NCBI GenBank assembly: GCA_030650395.1
Contig: JAUSDY010000076.1
Span: forward strand, 64,090 to 128,089
Length of the DNA stretch: 64,000 nt
Origin: Acidobacteriota bacterium
GTDB taxonomy: Bacteria > Acidobacteriota > Vicinamibacteria > Vicinamibacterales > UBA2999
Direction of reading: 5' to 3'
The translations under genes were made by a program, and so were the position numbers. The notes beneath the pieces were generated by a model. The model had not been told where the DNA came from. It ran no database searches and saw only the letters and a program-made list of their open reading frames with translations. Positions 28,809 to 37,429 of this stretch are shown here, one piece after another (positions within the stretch are counted from its first letter, which is position 1; every line of letters begins with the position of its first letter).

Positions 28809-29817
28809 TCACCGGACTTTCGGCGCAACGAGGATCCGCTTCGGCCCGGTGCCGCGTTCGAACTGGATGTTCGCCAGCACTTTCCGAGTCGCGATGTCGA
28901 TGGCGGCCACCGCGTGCGAGTCCCACAGGCTGACGAACAGCCTCGCCATCCGGGCGCACCGTGAACCAGTGCGGGAACTTGCCGACCCGGATCTGCGCGA
29001 TCTCCTTGAGGTCGCGCGTGCTGACAATCCGAACGAGATCGTTGACGCAGTCGGTGACCCACAGCTCCGTGTCGTTCTTCACCAGCTGCAGCGCGTGCGT
29101 GTAGGTATTGAGATAGGGCTTCGGGACGCCCTCGGGCAGCTGCGCCAGCTCGACGCGCCGAGTGACCGAGCGGCTGTCGGGATCGACCATCACAAAGCCA
29201 ATCAGGTTCGACAACGCCGTGTAGATGATCTTGCCGTTCTCAGTCGGCTCGAGCGGCCGCACGCCGTCGCTGGTCGGAATGTGGTGGAGCAGCGCCTGCT
29301 TCGCCGCATCGAAGACCGCGATCGCGTTGCCGTACTGCGCGCCGACATACACCCGCGAGCCGTCGGCAGACGTGTAGGCGTCGTGTGGTCCCTCGTTCAT
29401 GGCAATCTTCTTGACGAGCCGCAGCGGATCGAACTCGACGATCGCGACCGCGTTCTCGCCGCGCATCGGCATGTACGCGAAGCGGCCGTCCCTGGTCAGC
29501 GTCATCTGGTTGGGATCTTTCCCCAGCGGAATCTGCGCCGTGACCTTGCCGGATCGCGCGTCGATGACCTGGAAGTTGCCGGTGCGATCGCTGCCGATGT
29601 AGATCTTCGAGCCGTCGGCCGACGCGGCCAGCCCGTGCGGTTTCGGGTCGGTCGTGATGCGGCGGATCTCGGTGAACGTGTAAGCGTCGACTTCGACGAG
29701 CTGATCGGAATCGCCGAGGGTCACCCACAGCGTGACGTCCTGCCGTTGGGCAGTCACGCTCGCCGTCACGGTGATGGCAAGCAACAAGGTAAGGCCGCCG
29801 AGCCATGAGCGCATCAT
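28809..29817 (-). pseudogene. YVTN/lactonase-type beta-propeller protein with a 1-nt frameshift near 28944
   Basis: The main frame reads ...FPHWFTVRPDGE and then degenerates into Arg/His-rich sequence. The +1 frame (track ORF 28809..29027) reads ..RLFVSLWDSHAVAAIDIATRKVLANIQFERGTGPKRILVAPKVR*, a normal final propeller blade. Removing the G in ggcGagg restores PDGRLFV. Confidence 0.65.
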
Positions 29818-29874
29818 TAGCCCAGCATTCTATTCGGTTCGGCTGGGGCCAAAGCGTGTAGGCAGTTCGGCTGG

Positions 29875-29904
29875 TTGATCATGTGGCTGCGGGCGAGATA
29901 CGAT
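29875..29904 (+). promoter_or_regulatory. sigma70-like promoter candidate for tRNA-Ala
   Basis: TTGATC, 18-nt spacer, TACGAT. The -10 ends 17 nt before the tRNA 5' end. Confidence 0.3.
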
Positions 29905-29921
29905 AGGTGTCTTCCCTAAGT

Positions 29922-29997
29922 GGGCCAGTAGCGCAGTTGGGAGCGCGCATGAATGGCATTCATGAGGTCACCGGTTCGATCCCGGTCTGGTCCACCA
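29922..29997 (+). tRNA. tRNA-Ala (anticodon GGC)
   Basis: Cloverleaf folded by hand. The acceptor stem is GGGCCAG/CTGGTCC with the G3:U70 Ala identity pair. The D arm is GCGC-AGTTGGGA-GCGC. The anticodon arm is CATGA-ATGGCAT-TCATG. The T arm is ACCGG-TTCGATC-CCGGT, and CCA is encoded. Confidence 0.95.
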
Positions 29998-30301
29998 TCC
30001 TTCGCTCATGAATGCAGGCGAAGGATGCCCACCATAGCGCCGGAGGCGCGACGGTGGGCCCCAAGGCGTCCGAGCATGAGCTTCGGATGGCAGGCCCAGT
30101 CCCTGCTCAATCAATTCGGAGCTACGGTTGGCAGGTCACGTCGCTATCCTGGCTGAGCAACCGTCCGTAGTTCGCAGAATCTGCCATGCCGTCCCGGTAA
30201 CAGGCTCCCAATTCCTTCACCGCTCGGACTCCTCGCGAGCGCTTTCACACTGATTTTAAGGCCCTTTCCCTCAGGCATTCGTCTTGCGTCACAACGCGAG
30301 C

Positions 30302-30556
30302 ATGCCATTCCCTCAGACCATCGTCTACGTCATCAAGAGCGTGGCCGACCCGACTCGCTACTACACAGGTTTGACTTCTAACCTCGCTGTGCGGCTCGAC
30401 GCGCACAATGCCGGGCGTGTGCCCCACACCTCCGACGGTAAGCCTTGGATCATCGACGTTATCGTGGAGTTCTCCGACGAACGTCGTGCCGTTGCGTTCG
30501 AGAAATACCTGAAGTCTGGCTCGGGTGGCGCCTTCGCACGCCGACACCTCAGGTGA
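30302..30556 (+). CDS. GIY-YIG nuclease-superfamily small protein (YhbQ/UPF0213-like)
   Basis: MPFPQTIVYVIKSVADPTRYYTGLTSNLAVRLDAHNAGRVPHTSDGKPWIIDVIVEF..RRAVAFEKYLKSGSG matches the GIY..YIG..R..H..E..K pattern. Confidence 0.75.
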   Translation: MPFPQTIVYVIKSVADPTRYYTGLTSNLAVRLDAHNAGRVPHTSDGKPWIIDVIVEFSDERRAVAFEKYLKSGSGGAFARRHLR

Positions 30557-30688
30557 GGCTGCCGGAACACCTCTTGAGGGAAAGACACCTCCCGGAGTGC
30601 GTTCCCCCGTATTCCCCTTCGTTGTCCCCCATTTGCCAGGCTTTGACCAAAGTCGGCAGGGGCGAACCACTGCTAGAATTGGCCTGTT

Positions 30689-31285
30689 GTGGCTGCAGTC
30701 AAGATCGATCCTCTTGAGCTCACGGGACCGTGGGCTGAGGGCCACGTACTCGAGCGCCAGCACACGATCAGCAGCGAGTTCATCGGTCACGATTCGAACG
30801 GCCACGCACAGTTTGATACCAAGCGAAGCGAGCTCGGCGAGCTGGTATTTCGACTAAAGAACCGGAGTGACAAAGCAACCTTGGATCCGATCGCTGACAC
30901 AGCGGCGGAGTTCGTTCTCGCTTCTGGTATTCAGTTCGATGCCGTGGTCCCGGTGCCACCGTCTCGACGCCGAGCTTTCCAGCCGGTCGTAGAGATCGCG
31001 ACTGCCCTTGGCGCCCGGCTCGCGAAACCGGTTTTGATGAGCGTGGTCTCCAAGGTGAAAGAAACTCCGGAGCTCAAGGACGTGTTCGATTTCAGTGAAC
31101 GTCAGAAGCTGCTGCAGGGCGCATTCGCTGTTGATAAGGAAGCCGCCAAGGGCCAGCGCCTGCTTCTCATCGATGACCTCTACCGATCAGGAGCTACGGC
31201 AGCCCTCGTCGCGAAGGAACTCTCGGAAGCTGGAGCAGCAGCCGTCTATTTCCTTGCCATGACGAAGACTCGGACCCGATCATGA
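30689..31285 (+). CDS. ComF/ComFC-like phosphoribosyltransferase-family protein lacking the ComF zinc finger
   Basis: 198 aa with a GTG start. The PRTase core is VVPVPPSRRRAFQPVVEIA...GQRLLLIDDLYRSGATAALVAKELSEAGAAAVYFLAMTK (the acidic-hydrophobic-DD-x-x-SGAT PRPP loop). An extended -10 (TGcTAGAAT) lies at 30671-30679. Confidence 0.75.
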   Translation: MAAVKIDPLELTGPWAEGHVLERQHTISSEFIGHDSNGHAQFDTKRSELGELVFRLKNRSDKATLDPIADTAAEFVLASGIQFDAVVPVPPSRRRAFQPVVEIATALGARLAKPVLMSVVSKVKETPELKDVFDFSERQKLLQGAFAVDKEAAKGQRLLLIDDLYRSGATAALVAKELSEAGAAAVYFLAMTKTRTRS

Positions 31286-31818
31286 CGAAGGTCTTCATCG
31301 CTGGTTCCCGACAGATTGCTCAGCTTCCGGCCGAGGTGAGGAGCCGCATCGACACGATGGTCGAGAAGGGTTTTCAGATCCTTGTCGGCGACGCCAACGG
31401 TGCCGACAAGGCCGTCCAGCGATACTTGGCCGACAGGGCGTACCCGAACGTCCTCGTGCACTGCATGGAGAACCATTGCCGAAACAATGTTGGCGCGTGG
31501 CCCACGTTCCAAGTCGCCTCCCCTCAGGGCGCTCGCGGCTTCGACTATTACTCGCTTAAGGACCGCGCAATGGCCGACGCTGCCGAGTACGGCCTGATGC
31601 TCTGGGATGGAAAGAGCAAAGGAACCATCAACAATGTTCTCAACCTGTCGCGTGATAACAAGCTTGTCGTCGTTTACGTGGCACCTGCGAAGAGCTTCCA
31701 GACAGTTCGGTCCGCTGAGGATCTCAAGGCTCTCCTAACGAAGGGTGACCCATCGAGCGTTGGCAAATTGGTGCACGAACTTCACTTGGATTACCTGCAA
31801 GCCAATGCGGCGGGATAG
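31282..31818 (+). CDS. DprA-like / SLOG-superfamily Rossmann protein
   Basis: The start forms an ATGA overlap with the PRTase gene. VFIAGSRQ...GFQILVGDANGADKAVQRYL...LKDRAMADAAEYGLMLWDGKSKGTINNVLNL parallels the DprA core (VGSR...SGlArGIDaaAH...RNRiia..S....EA...SGsL.TA). Confidence 0.7.
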   Translation: MTKVFIAGSRQIAQLPAEVRSRIDTMVEKGFQILVGDANGADKAVQRYLADRAYPNVLVHCMENHCRNNVGAWPTFQVASPQGARGFDYYSLKDRAMADAAEYGLMLWDGKSKGTINNVLNLSRDNKLVVVYVAPAKSFQTVRSAEDLKALLTKGDPSSVGKLVHELHLDYLQANAAG

Positions 31819-32024
31819 CCGAAATAAGAACTGGGCGGCCTACTGCTTAGGCGTTGGACTAGAATCGGTCAGATCTGACCATGGCAAGGCGAAGGGAAGC
31901 CAATCAGGCGCTAGGCAGCGTCCTCCTATTTATCATCGCTCTGCCAATCTTCTTCGCCGATTGGGTTCAAGAGACACTTGGTATGCGTGCTCGCGTCTTC
32001 GATGAGAGGGGTCTTCGCATCCGA

Positions 32025-32351
32025 TCATGTCTCCTGGGACTCGATCGCGGAGATACCAGCCAGAATCACAGGATCTTGGTTCGGGAACTCCGCCACAAGC
32101 GACAGTCGCCCCCCCATTGCCTCCACGTATCCACGCAGCGTGGAAATCAAGAGGTCGCTACGCTGCTCAAGTCTGGACACGCTGTCCTGGCCAATACCAA
32201 GGACCACAGCCATTCGCTTCTGCGTCAACTTGTGCGCTTGCCGCAGTTCCTGAAGTGTCTTTTCTTCAGCGATCAACGTAGCAGCGCGTGCTGCAATCTT
32301 CTTGCGGCGAGCAGGGCTCAGCTGCTTTCGAATCTGATCTAGATTCTTCAT
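32025..32351 (-). CDS. XRE-family HTH antitoxin (HigA-like)
   Basis: 108 aa. LQELRQAHKLTQKRMAVVLGIGQDSVSRLEQRSD is an XRE HTH. The start forms an ATGA overlap with the upstream toxin gene. Confidence 0.8.
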   Translation of the reverse strand: MKNLDQIRKQLSPARRKKIAARAATLIAEEKTLQELRQAHKLTQKRMAVVLGIGQDSVSRLEQRSDLLISTLRGYVEAMGGRLSLVAEFPNQDPVILAGISAIESQET

Positions 32352-32746
32352 GATCTTTGTTTCCCCTTCTTCGTCGCGCCTCTAGTCGTTTTGGTCTTCT
32401 TCACAATTGCGAGATGAGTATCGAAACGACCATCTGCTCTTTCAATTAGCTGCCTGTAGAACCGTTTTTCGCTACCACCGGATTTGTCTCCACCGCACAG
32501 CACGATGGCTCTGCGGTTTGGATCGAATGCGAAGGCGAAACGCCAGACGCCGTCCGCGGCATCGAAACGCAATTCCTTCATATTCTTGTGTCGAGAACCG
32601 TTGAGCGTATCCACGCGTGGACGTCCGAGTTGCGGCCCAAAGACCTCAAGAACAGCAACATGCGCAAGAAGTTCGTCCTGGACGTCTTCGGGGAGCACAT
32701 TGAACTCAGCCACGAACTTGTCGTGCAGGTCTACGACCCAACCCAC
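32348..32746 (-). CDS. RelE/HigB-superfamily toxin (Gp49/DUF891-like)
   Basis: 132 aa. The motif is MKELRFDAADGVWRFAFAFDPNRRAIVLCGGDKSG..EKRFYRQLIERADGRFDTHL, and the protein has a basic C-terminal tail. Confidence 0.75.
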   Translation of the reverse strand: MGWVVDLHDKFVAEFNVLPEDVQDELLAHVAVLEVFGPQLGRPRVDTLNGSRHKNMKELRFDAADGVWRFAFAFDPNRRAIVLCGGDKSGGSEKRFYRQLIERADGRFDTHLAIVKKTKTTRGATKKGKQRS

Positions 32747-32979
32747 GGCCCATTATGGCATGCGACGCATATGTAGTCCAGACCATATTCTGCCGGCGAT
32801 TATGGGCCGTCCCGCTTTGAGCGTCATTGCCGTTAAGCTGAGACGAACAGAGTTCGAGACGAGGCTCAGGGTTCCAACTGCGAAGCTGTGGGTCCACCAT
32901 CTTCCTTCGCCGGCTGCGGCCGTCTCCAGCCCCCTGAAATCGTTTGACGCGGACGCCGCGCGGGCTTACGCTCCCGTGC

Positions 32980-35196
32980 ATGAGAAGGCACTCGCGAACG
33001 ATCGGAGCGGTTTTCGCCCTCGGGCTGCTCGGCGCGGCGGCCCTGACGGTCTCCTCTGCCCAAACGCCACCGAGGCGTGGCACCGAGAACGGCGAGTGGC
33101 GCACCCTGGGCGGTGACGTGGGGCACACTCGATACTCTCCCCTCGACCAGATCACGCCGGCGAACTTCGAGACGCTGAAGGAGGCCTGGCGCTTCAGCCC
33201 CGTCGACGTGGTCGGTCCCATGACGGCGAGAGCCACACCGAGCTACGTGGGTGGCAGGCTCCTGAGCGTCGCCGGCCCGCGGCGCCACGTCGTGTCGATG
33301 GATCCCACCAGCGGCAAGTTGCTGTGGAGTTGGGTCGAGCCTGAGACCTACCGTTCGAAGTACTCCATGCGCACCGCCTATGGAAAGGGCGTGGCGTACT
33401 CCGAGATCAACGGCAAGGGTGTCGTCTACATCGCGACGCCGGGCTTCTTCCTGGTGGCGTTGGACGCCGACACCGGCCAGCCGCTGCCCAACTGGGGACG
33501 GCCGGTTGGCCTGCCCGGCTTTCCGCGCACGGGCGTCGTCGATCTGGCCGAGGATCTGATCCGCGATTGGGATCCGTGGATCCGGCGAAAGCAGAAGTAC
33601 AACGCGAACGAGGGTGTGCCCCTCGAACTGGGCTACATCACCAGCTCCTCGCCACCACTCGTCGTCAACGACGTCATCATCGTCGGCAACTCCGCCGAGC
33701 AGGGGTATCACCAGACGCGGCAGGAGAACGTGCCCGGTGACATCCTCGCCTACAGCGCACGCGACGGGAAGTTCCTGTGGAAGTTCCACGTTATTCCGCG
33801 GCCGGGCGAGGTTGGTCACGAAACGTGGGAGAGCGACGCCTGGCGCACGACGGGTGACGTGTCGTCATGGGCCCCGCTGTCGGGCGACAACGAGCGCGGC
33901 ATCGTCTACGTGCCGACCAACAGCGCGACGGTCGACATGTACGGCGGCTTCCGGCCGGGCAACAACCTGTTCGCAGCCAGCGTGATCGCACTCGACGTCA
34001 AGACCGGCAAGCGGCTGTGGCACTACCAGATGGTGCATCACGACATCTGGAACTACGACACATCGACCGCGCCGATCGCGATGGACGTGACCGTGGGGGG
34101 GCGGCGCATTCCCGCGGTCTTCCAGGCCACGAAACAGGCGATTCTGTACGCCTTCAATCGCGTCACGGGCGAGCCGATCTGGGGATTCGAGGAGAAGCCC
34201 GTTCCGGCGTCAAAGGTGCCTGGCGAAAAGCTCTCGCCGACGCAACCGTTCCCCATCAAGCCGGCGCCATACGAGTTCATTGGCCGCAGTGCCGAGCACG
34301 TGATCGATTACACGCCGCAGATCAAGGAGCTCGCGCTCAAGCGCGTCACCGCGCAGGGCTTGCTCGCGCCGCCGTTCAACCCGGTCGTCCATCGCGGCAA
34401 CAAGGAAGGCCTCATCACGGGGCGCTTCTATCCTGGCGAAACCGGGGGCACGAACATTACGCATCCGCCGGCAGCCGATCCGACAACGGGCATCATTTAC
34501 ATTCCCTCGCATAGCGGCGGCGGTGCGCGCGCGGTGGTTCCCGGAAGCGAGATGGATTGTTTCGGGCAGACGGGAACCACGGTTTCCCGATGGGTTGCCA
34601 CGAGCGCGCTCTGCCCGGCCGAATCGGTGACGGCCGCGACCGAGATGTACCCGGAAGCGGCGAAGAAGGCCGGCATCATTCCGAGTGCGGCGGGTGCGGG
34701 CCGTACGGCCGGGGGCGATGATGCACCACCACCCGCCGGCGGCGCCGGCCGGGGCCCAGCCGCAGCGGGTGCCGCGGCTGGCAGCGATCCACTGGCCGGC
34801 TTCCCAACGCTGTTCAAAGGACCGGTCGGCCGCATCACCGCGATCGACTTGAACACGGGCGAGCATCTCTGGGTGATCCCGTACGGCGATGCGCCGCCGC
34901 AGCAGCAGGACGCGATTCGCAATCATCCGCTGCTGAAGGGTGTCGACGTGAATCCGAACCTGGGCCGCACGGGCCTTGGCGGCCTGGTCGTCACGGCGAC
35001 CATGCTGCTCGCTCCCGGCCAGACCGCGGATGGCGCAAGCAAGCTGTTCGCGATCGACAAGCGCTCGGGCAAGCGGGTCGGCACCCTCGCGACCAACGGT
35101 CTCTCCCGTTACGGGATGATGACCTATATGCACCAGGGCAAGCAGTACATCGTCGTGCAGTTGTCGAACGGGCTGCAGGCGTTCGCGCTGCCGTAG
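32980..35196 (+). CDS. PQQ-dependent (quinoprotein) dehydrogenase, 8-bladed propeller family
   Basis: Signal peptide [28 protein letters not shown]. The motif is [18 protein letters not shown] with repeated W-motifs. A Gly/Ala/Pro low-complexity insert lies near the C-terminus. ATG 32980 is preferred over 32944. Confidence 0.85.
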   Translation: MRRHSRTIGAVFALGLLGAAALTVSSAQTPPRRGTENGEWRTLGGDVGHTRYSPLDQITPANFETLKEAWRFSPVDVVGPMTARATPSYVGGRLLSVAGPRRHVVSMDPTSGKLLWSWVEPETYRSKYSMRTAYGKGVAYSEINGKGVVYIATPGFFLVALDADTGQPLPNWGRPVGLPGFPRTGVVDLAEDLIRDWDPWIRRKQKYNANEGVPLELGYITSSSPPLVVNDVIIVGNSAEQGYHQTRQENVPGDILAYSARDGKFLWKFHVIPRPGEVGHETWESDAWRTTGDVSSWAPLSGDNERGIVYVPTNSATVDMYGGFRPGNNLFAASVIALDVKTGKRLWHYQMVHHDIWNYDTSTAPIAMDVTVGGRRIPAVFQATKQAILYAFNRVTGEPIWGFEEKPVPASKVPGEKLSPTQPFPIKPAPYEFIGRSAEHVIDYTPQIKELALKRVTAQGLLAPPFNPVVHRGNKEGLITGRFYPGETGGTNITHPPAADPTTGIIYIPSHSGGGARAVVPGSEMDCFGQTGTTVSRWVATSALCPAESVTAATEMYPEAAKKAGIIPSAAGAGRTAGGDDAPPPAGGAGRGPAAAGAAAGSDPLAGFPTLFKGPVGRITAIDLNTGEHLWVIPYGDAPPQQQDAIRNHPLLKGVDVNPNLGRTGLGGLVVTATMLLAPGQTADGASKLFAIDKRSGKRVGTLATNGLSRYGMMTYMHQGKQYIVVQLSNGLQAFALP

Positions 35197-35256
35197 GGAA
35201 TGATGGAGGTCGAGTCCGCTTGTGGCTGGAGCCATTAGCGGACGTCGTCCACGTCG

Positions 35257-35400
35257 TCAGAGCCGCCCTGTCAGCGCCATAATCACGAGGATGATCAGAA
35301 TCAGTCCTCCGAGTCCGATACCCACGCGCGGCCCGCCGGCGTAGAAGCCTCCGCCACCGAAAAGCACGAGGAGAATAAGCAGGATCACTAGCAAGCTCAT
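35257..35400 (-). CDS. small two-TM membrane protein (DUF3309-like), 47 aa
   Basis: It is below the ORF-track size cutoff. My translation is MSLLVILLILLVLFGGGGFYAGGPRVGIGLGGLILIILVIMALTGRL*. Confidence 0.5.
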   Translation of the reverse strand: MSLLVILLILLVLFGGGGFYAGGPRVGIGLGGLILIILVIMALTGRL

Positions 35401-35651
35401 GGCATCCCTCTTCGTTTGGTACTGGCGTTCGACTTAAGGTCGAATCCCACCAAATCTCAGCTCGCTCCGTGCAATAAGCTCGCCAGTGCCCAGAGCCCGG
35501 GAATCCAGAGAAAACTAGTCAGCTGAGCTTGGGAGGGCTTCGGCCTACTCAAAATGCCGCACTCGTCGCCCTATCAGTCCCCTGGTATCACCTGATCGTC
35601 CGCGGCCGAACGTGCTGAGTAACCTCAGGACGCGTGCAATAATCCCGCGTC

Positions 35652-37394
35652 ATGTCGAGACCCATCGCGCACGTCGTACTGATCTGTTTCCTGAGCACGA
35701 TGGCTCCGTGGTTCTCGCCCGTCTCGGCCCAGCCCCAGGCCGACACCTCCGCCGACGCTCGACTCAGAGCGCTCTACACCGAGGAATGGAACTGGCGGCA
35801 ACAGGAGTTGGCACGCGGCGCTGCGGCAAGCGATCGCTTCCCGCGCGTCGATGCCGCGTCACAACAGGCGAGGCTCGACTACTGGACACGAACCCTCGCG
35901 ACGCTCGACACGATCCCGTTCGATCAGCTCTCACCCGAAGAGAAGATCAACGCGCAGATCTTCCGCACCTCTCTACGCGCGCTCGCCAGCGACGTGCGGT
36001 ACCGCACTTACGAGGCGCCCTTCAACAGCGACACGTTCTTCTGGACTGACTTCACGCCGCGCCAGGGCTTCGCCACTGCGGCCGCCTATCGTTCGTACCT
36101 CGCGCGGCTGCGCGATGTACCGCGCTATTTCGACGAACAGATCGCCAACCTGCGCGCGGGCCTGGCGCGTGGCTATACGGTGCCGCGCGTGTCGGTGCTC
36201 GGACGCGATCGGACCATCGAGCCATACCTCAAAGGCGACGCCGGCAATCCGTTGTACGCGCCGCTCACCCAGATGCCGGCAGGCATGGCGCCAGCCGATC
36301 AAGGGGCGCTCCGCGCCGAAGCCGCCATCGTCATTCGCGACATCGTCGCTCCCGCCTACTCGCGGCTGCTGACGATGATTCGGGAGGAGTATCTGGTGAA
36401 GGCCCGCACTACGCTTGCGGCCAAGGCGATGCCTGACGGGGAGGCGTTCTATCAGGCGCAGATCGAGAAACACACGACGCTGACGCTGACGCCGCAGCAG
36501 ATTCACGACATCGGCCTGAAGGAAGTGGCTCGCCTCGAGGCCGAGATGCGCACGACCAAGGACAAGGCGAACTTCAAAGGGACGATGGCCGAGTTCTTCA
36601 CGTTTCTGAGGACTGACCCGCAGTTCTACGCAAAGACGCCGCGTGAACTCCTGTCCTACTCGGCCTACGTGGCGAAGAAGGCTGACGACAAGCTGAGTGA
36701 CACTATCGGGCAGCTGCCGCGGCGCCGCCACGGCATTCGGCCAGTGCCCGATGCGCTGGCGCCCATCTTCACGGGCGGACGCGGCGGGCTCGAGGCGTGC
36801 CAGATGAACACCTACAACCTGCCGGCGCGTCCCCTCTACACACTCGCATCGCTGACACTGCACGAGTGCACGCCGGGCCACAGCTTCCAGGCCGCGCTCG
36901 CGCTCGAGGGTCCGGCGCGTCCGCCGTTCCGCAACGGCACGTCGTTTTCCGGGTACGGCGAAGGCTGGGGACTCTACACCGAATGGCTGGGCACCATCAT
37001 GGGGATCTACGAGACCCCCTATGAGGATTTCGGCCGGCTGACGTACGAGATGTGGCGCGCCTGCCGGCTGGTCATCGACACCGGCATTCATCAGTTCGGC
37101 TGGACGCGCGAACAAGCGATGAGTTACTTGCGCGATCGCGCTGCTCTAGCCGAGCACGAGATCACCACCGAAATCGATCGCTACATCGCGTGGCCGGGAC
37201 AGGCGCTCGCCTACAAGCTTGGCGAACTGCAGATCCGTCGTCATCGCCGTGACGCCGAAGAGAAGCTCGGCGCAAGATTTGATCAGCGGCGCTTTCACGA
37301 TGCCATCCTGGCCATCGGCTCGGTGCCACTGCCGGTGCTGGAGCACCGCATGGCACAGTTCATCGCCGACGAGAGCGCGGCGCCGAAGCAATAG
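35652..37394 (+). CDS. DUF885-family protein (metallopeptidase-like)
   Basis: 580 aa with a signal peptide. It contains LTLHECTPGHSFQ and EGWGLYTE, and the conserved DUF885 C-terminus IDRYIAWPGQALAYKLG. Confidence 0.8.
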   Translation: MSRPIAHVVLICFLSTMAPWFSPVSAQPQADTSADARLRALYTEEWNWRQQELARGAAASDRFPRVDAASQQARLDYWTRTLATLDTIPFDQLSPEEKINAQIFRTSLRALASDVRYRTYEAPFNSDTFFWTDFTPRQGFATAAAYRSYLARLRDVPRYFDEQIANLRAGLARGYTVPRVSVLGRDRTIEPYLKGDAGNPLYAPLTQMPAGMAPADQGALRAEAAIVIRDIVAPAYSRLLTMIREEYLVKARTTLAAKAMPDGEAFYQAQIEKHTTLTLTPQQIHDIGLKEVARLEAEMRTTKDKANFKGTMAEFFTFLRTDPQFYAKTPRELLSYSAYVAKKADDKLSDTIGQLPRRRHGIRPVPDALAPIFTGGRGGLEACQMNTYNLPARPLYTLASLTLHECTPGHSFQAALALEGPARPPFRNGTSFSGYGEGWGLYTEWLGTIMGIYETPYEDFGRLTYEMWRACRLVIDTGIHQFGWTREQAMSYLRDRAALAEHEITTEIDRYIAWPGQALAYKLGELQIRRHRRDAEEKLGARFDQRRFHDAILAIGSVPLPVLEHRMAQFIADESAAPKQ

Positions 37395-37429
37395 CGTCAA
37401 AAGCCGCGCCGACGCAGGAATGTCTATCT

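Larger units (their letters stand above)
29989..32910 (+). mobile_element. 2.9-kb tRNA-Ala-associated genomic islet bounded by direct repeats; no integrase
   Basis: GGTCCACCATCCTTCGC (29989-30005, the tRNA 3' end plus 8 nt) is repeated as GGTCCACCATcttCCTTCGC at 32891-32910. The interior is visibly AT-richer and carries GIY-YIG, PRTase/DprA-like and TA genes. Confidence 0.6.

Noticed and set aside
29999-30024. Rho-independent terminator after tRNA-Ala (CCTTCGC..GCGAAGG)
   Set aside because: A stem is present, but there is no U-tract and the loop is 12 nt. It overlaps the att repeat, so I did not call it.
29953-30156. 67-aa ORF
   Set aside because: It overlaps the tRNA-Ala gene and the att repeat and has no coding features.
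31881-32342. 153-aa plus-strand ORF (N-terminal TM-like segment)
   Set aside because: Most of it is antisense to the well-supported XRE antitoxin gene. Only the first ~45 codons lie in the intergenic gap, so it is unsupported.
35438-35452. tRNA-like fragment GGTCGAATCCCACCA
   Set aside because: It resembles a T-arm plus CCA, but no cloverleaf can be built from the flanking sequence. It is possibly an old att remnant and is not a gene.
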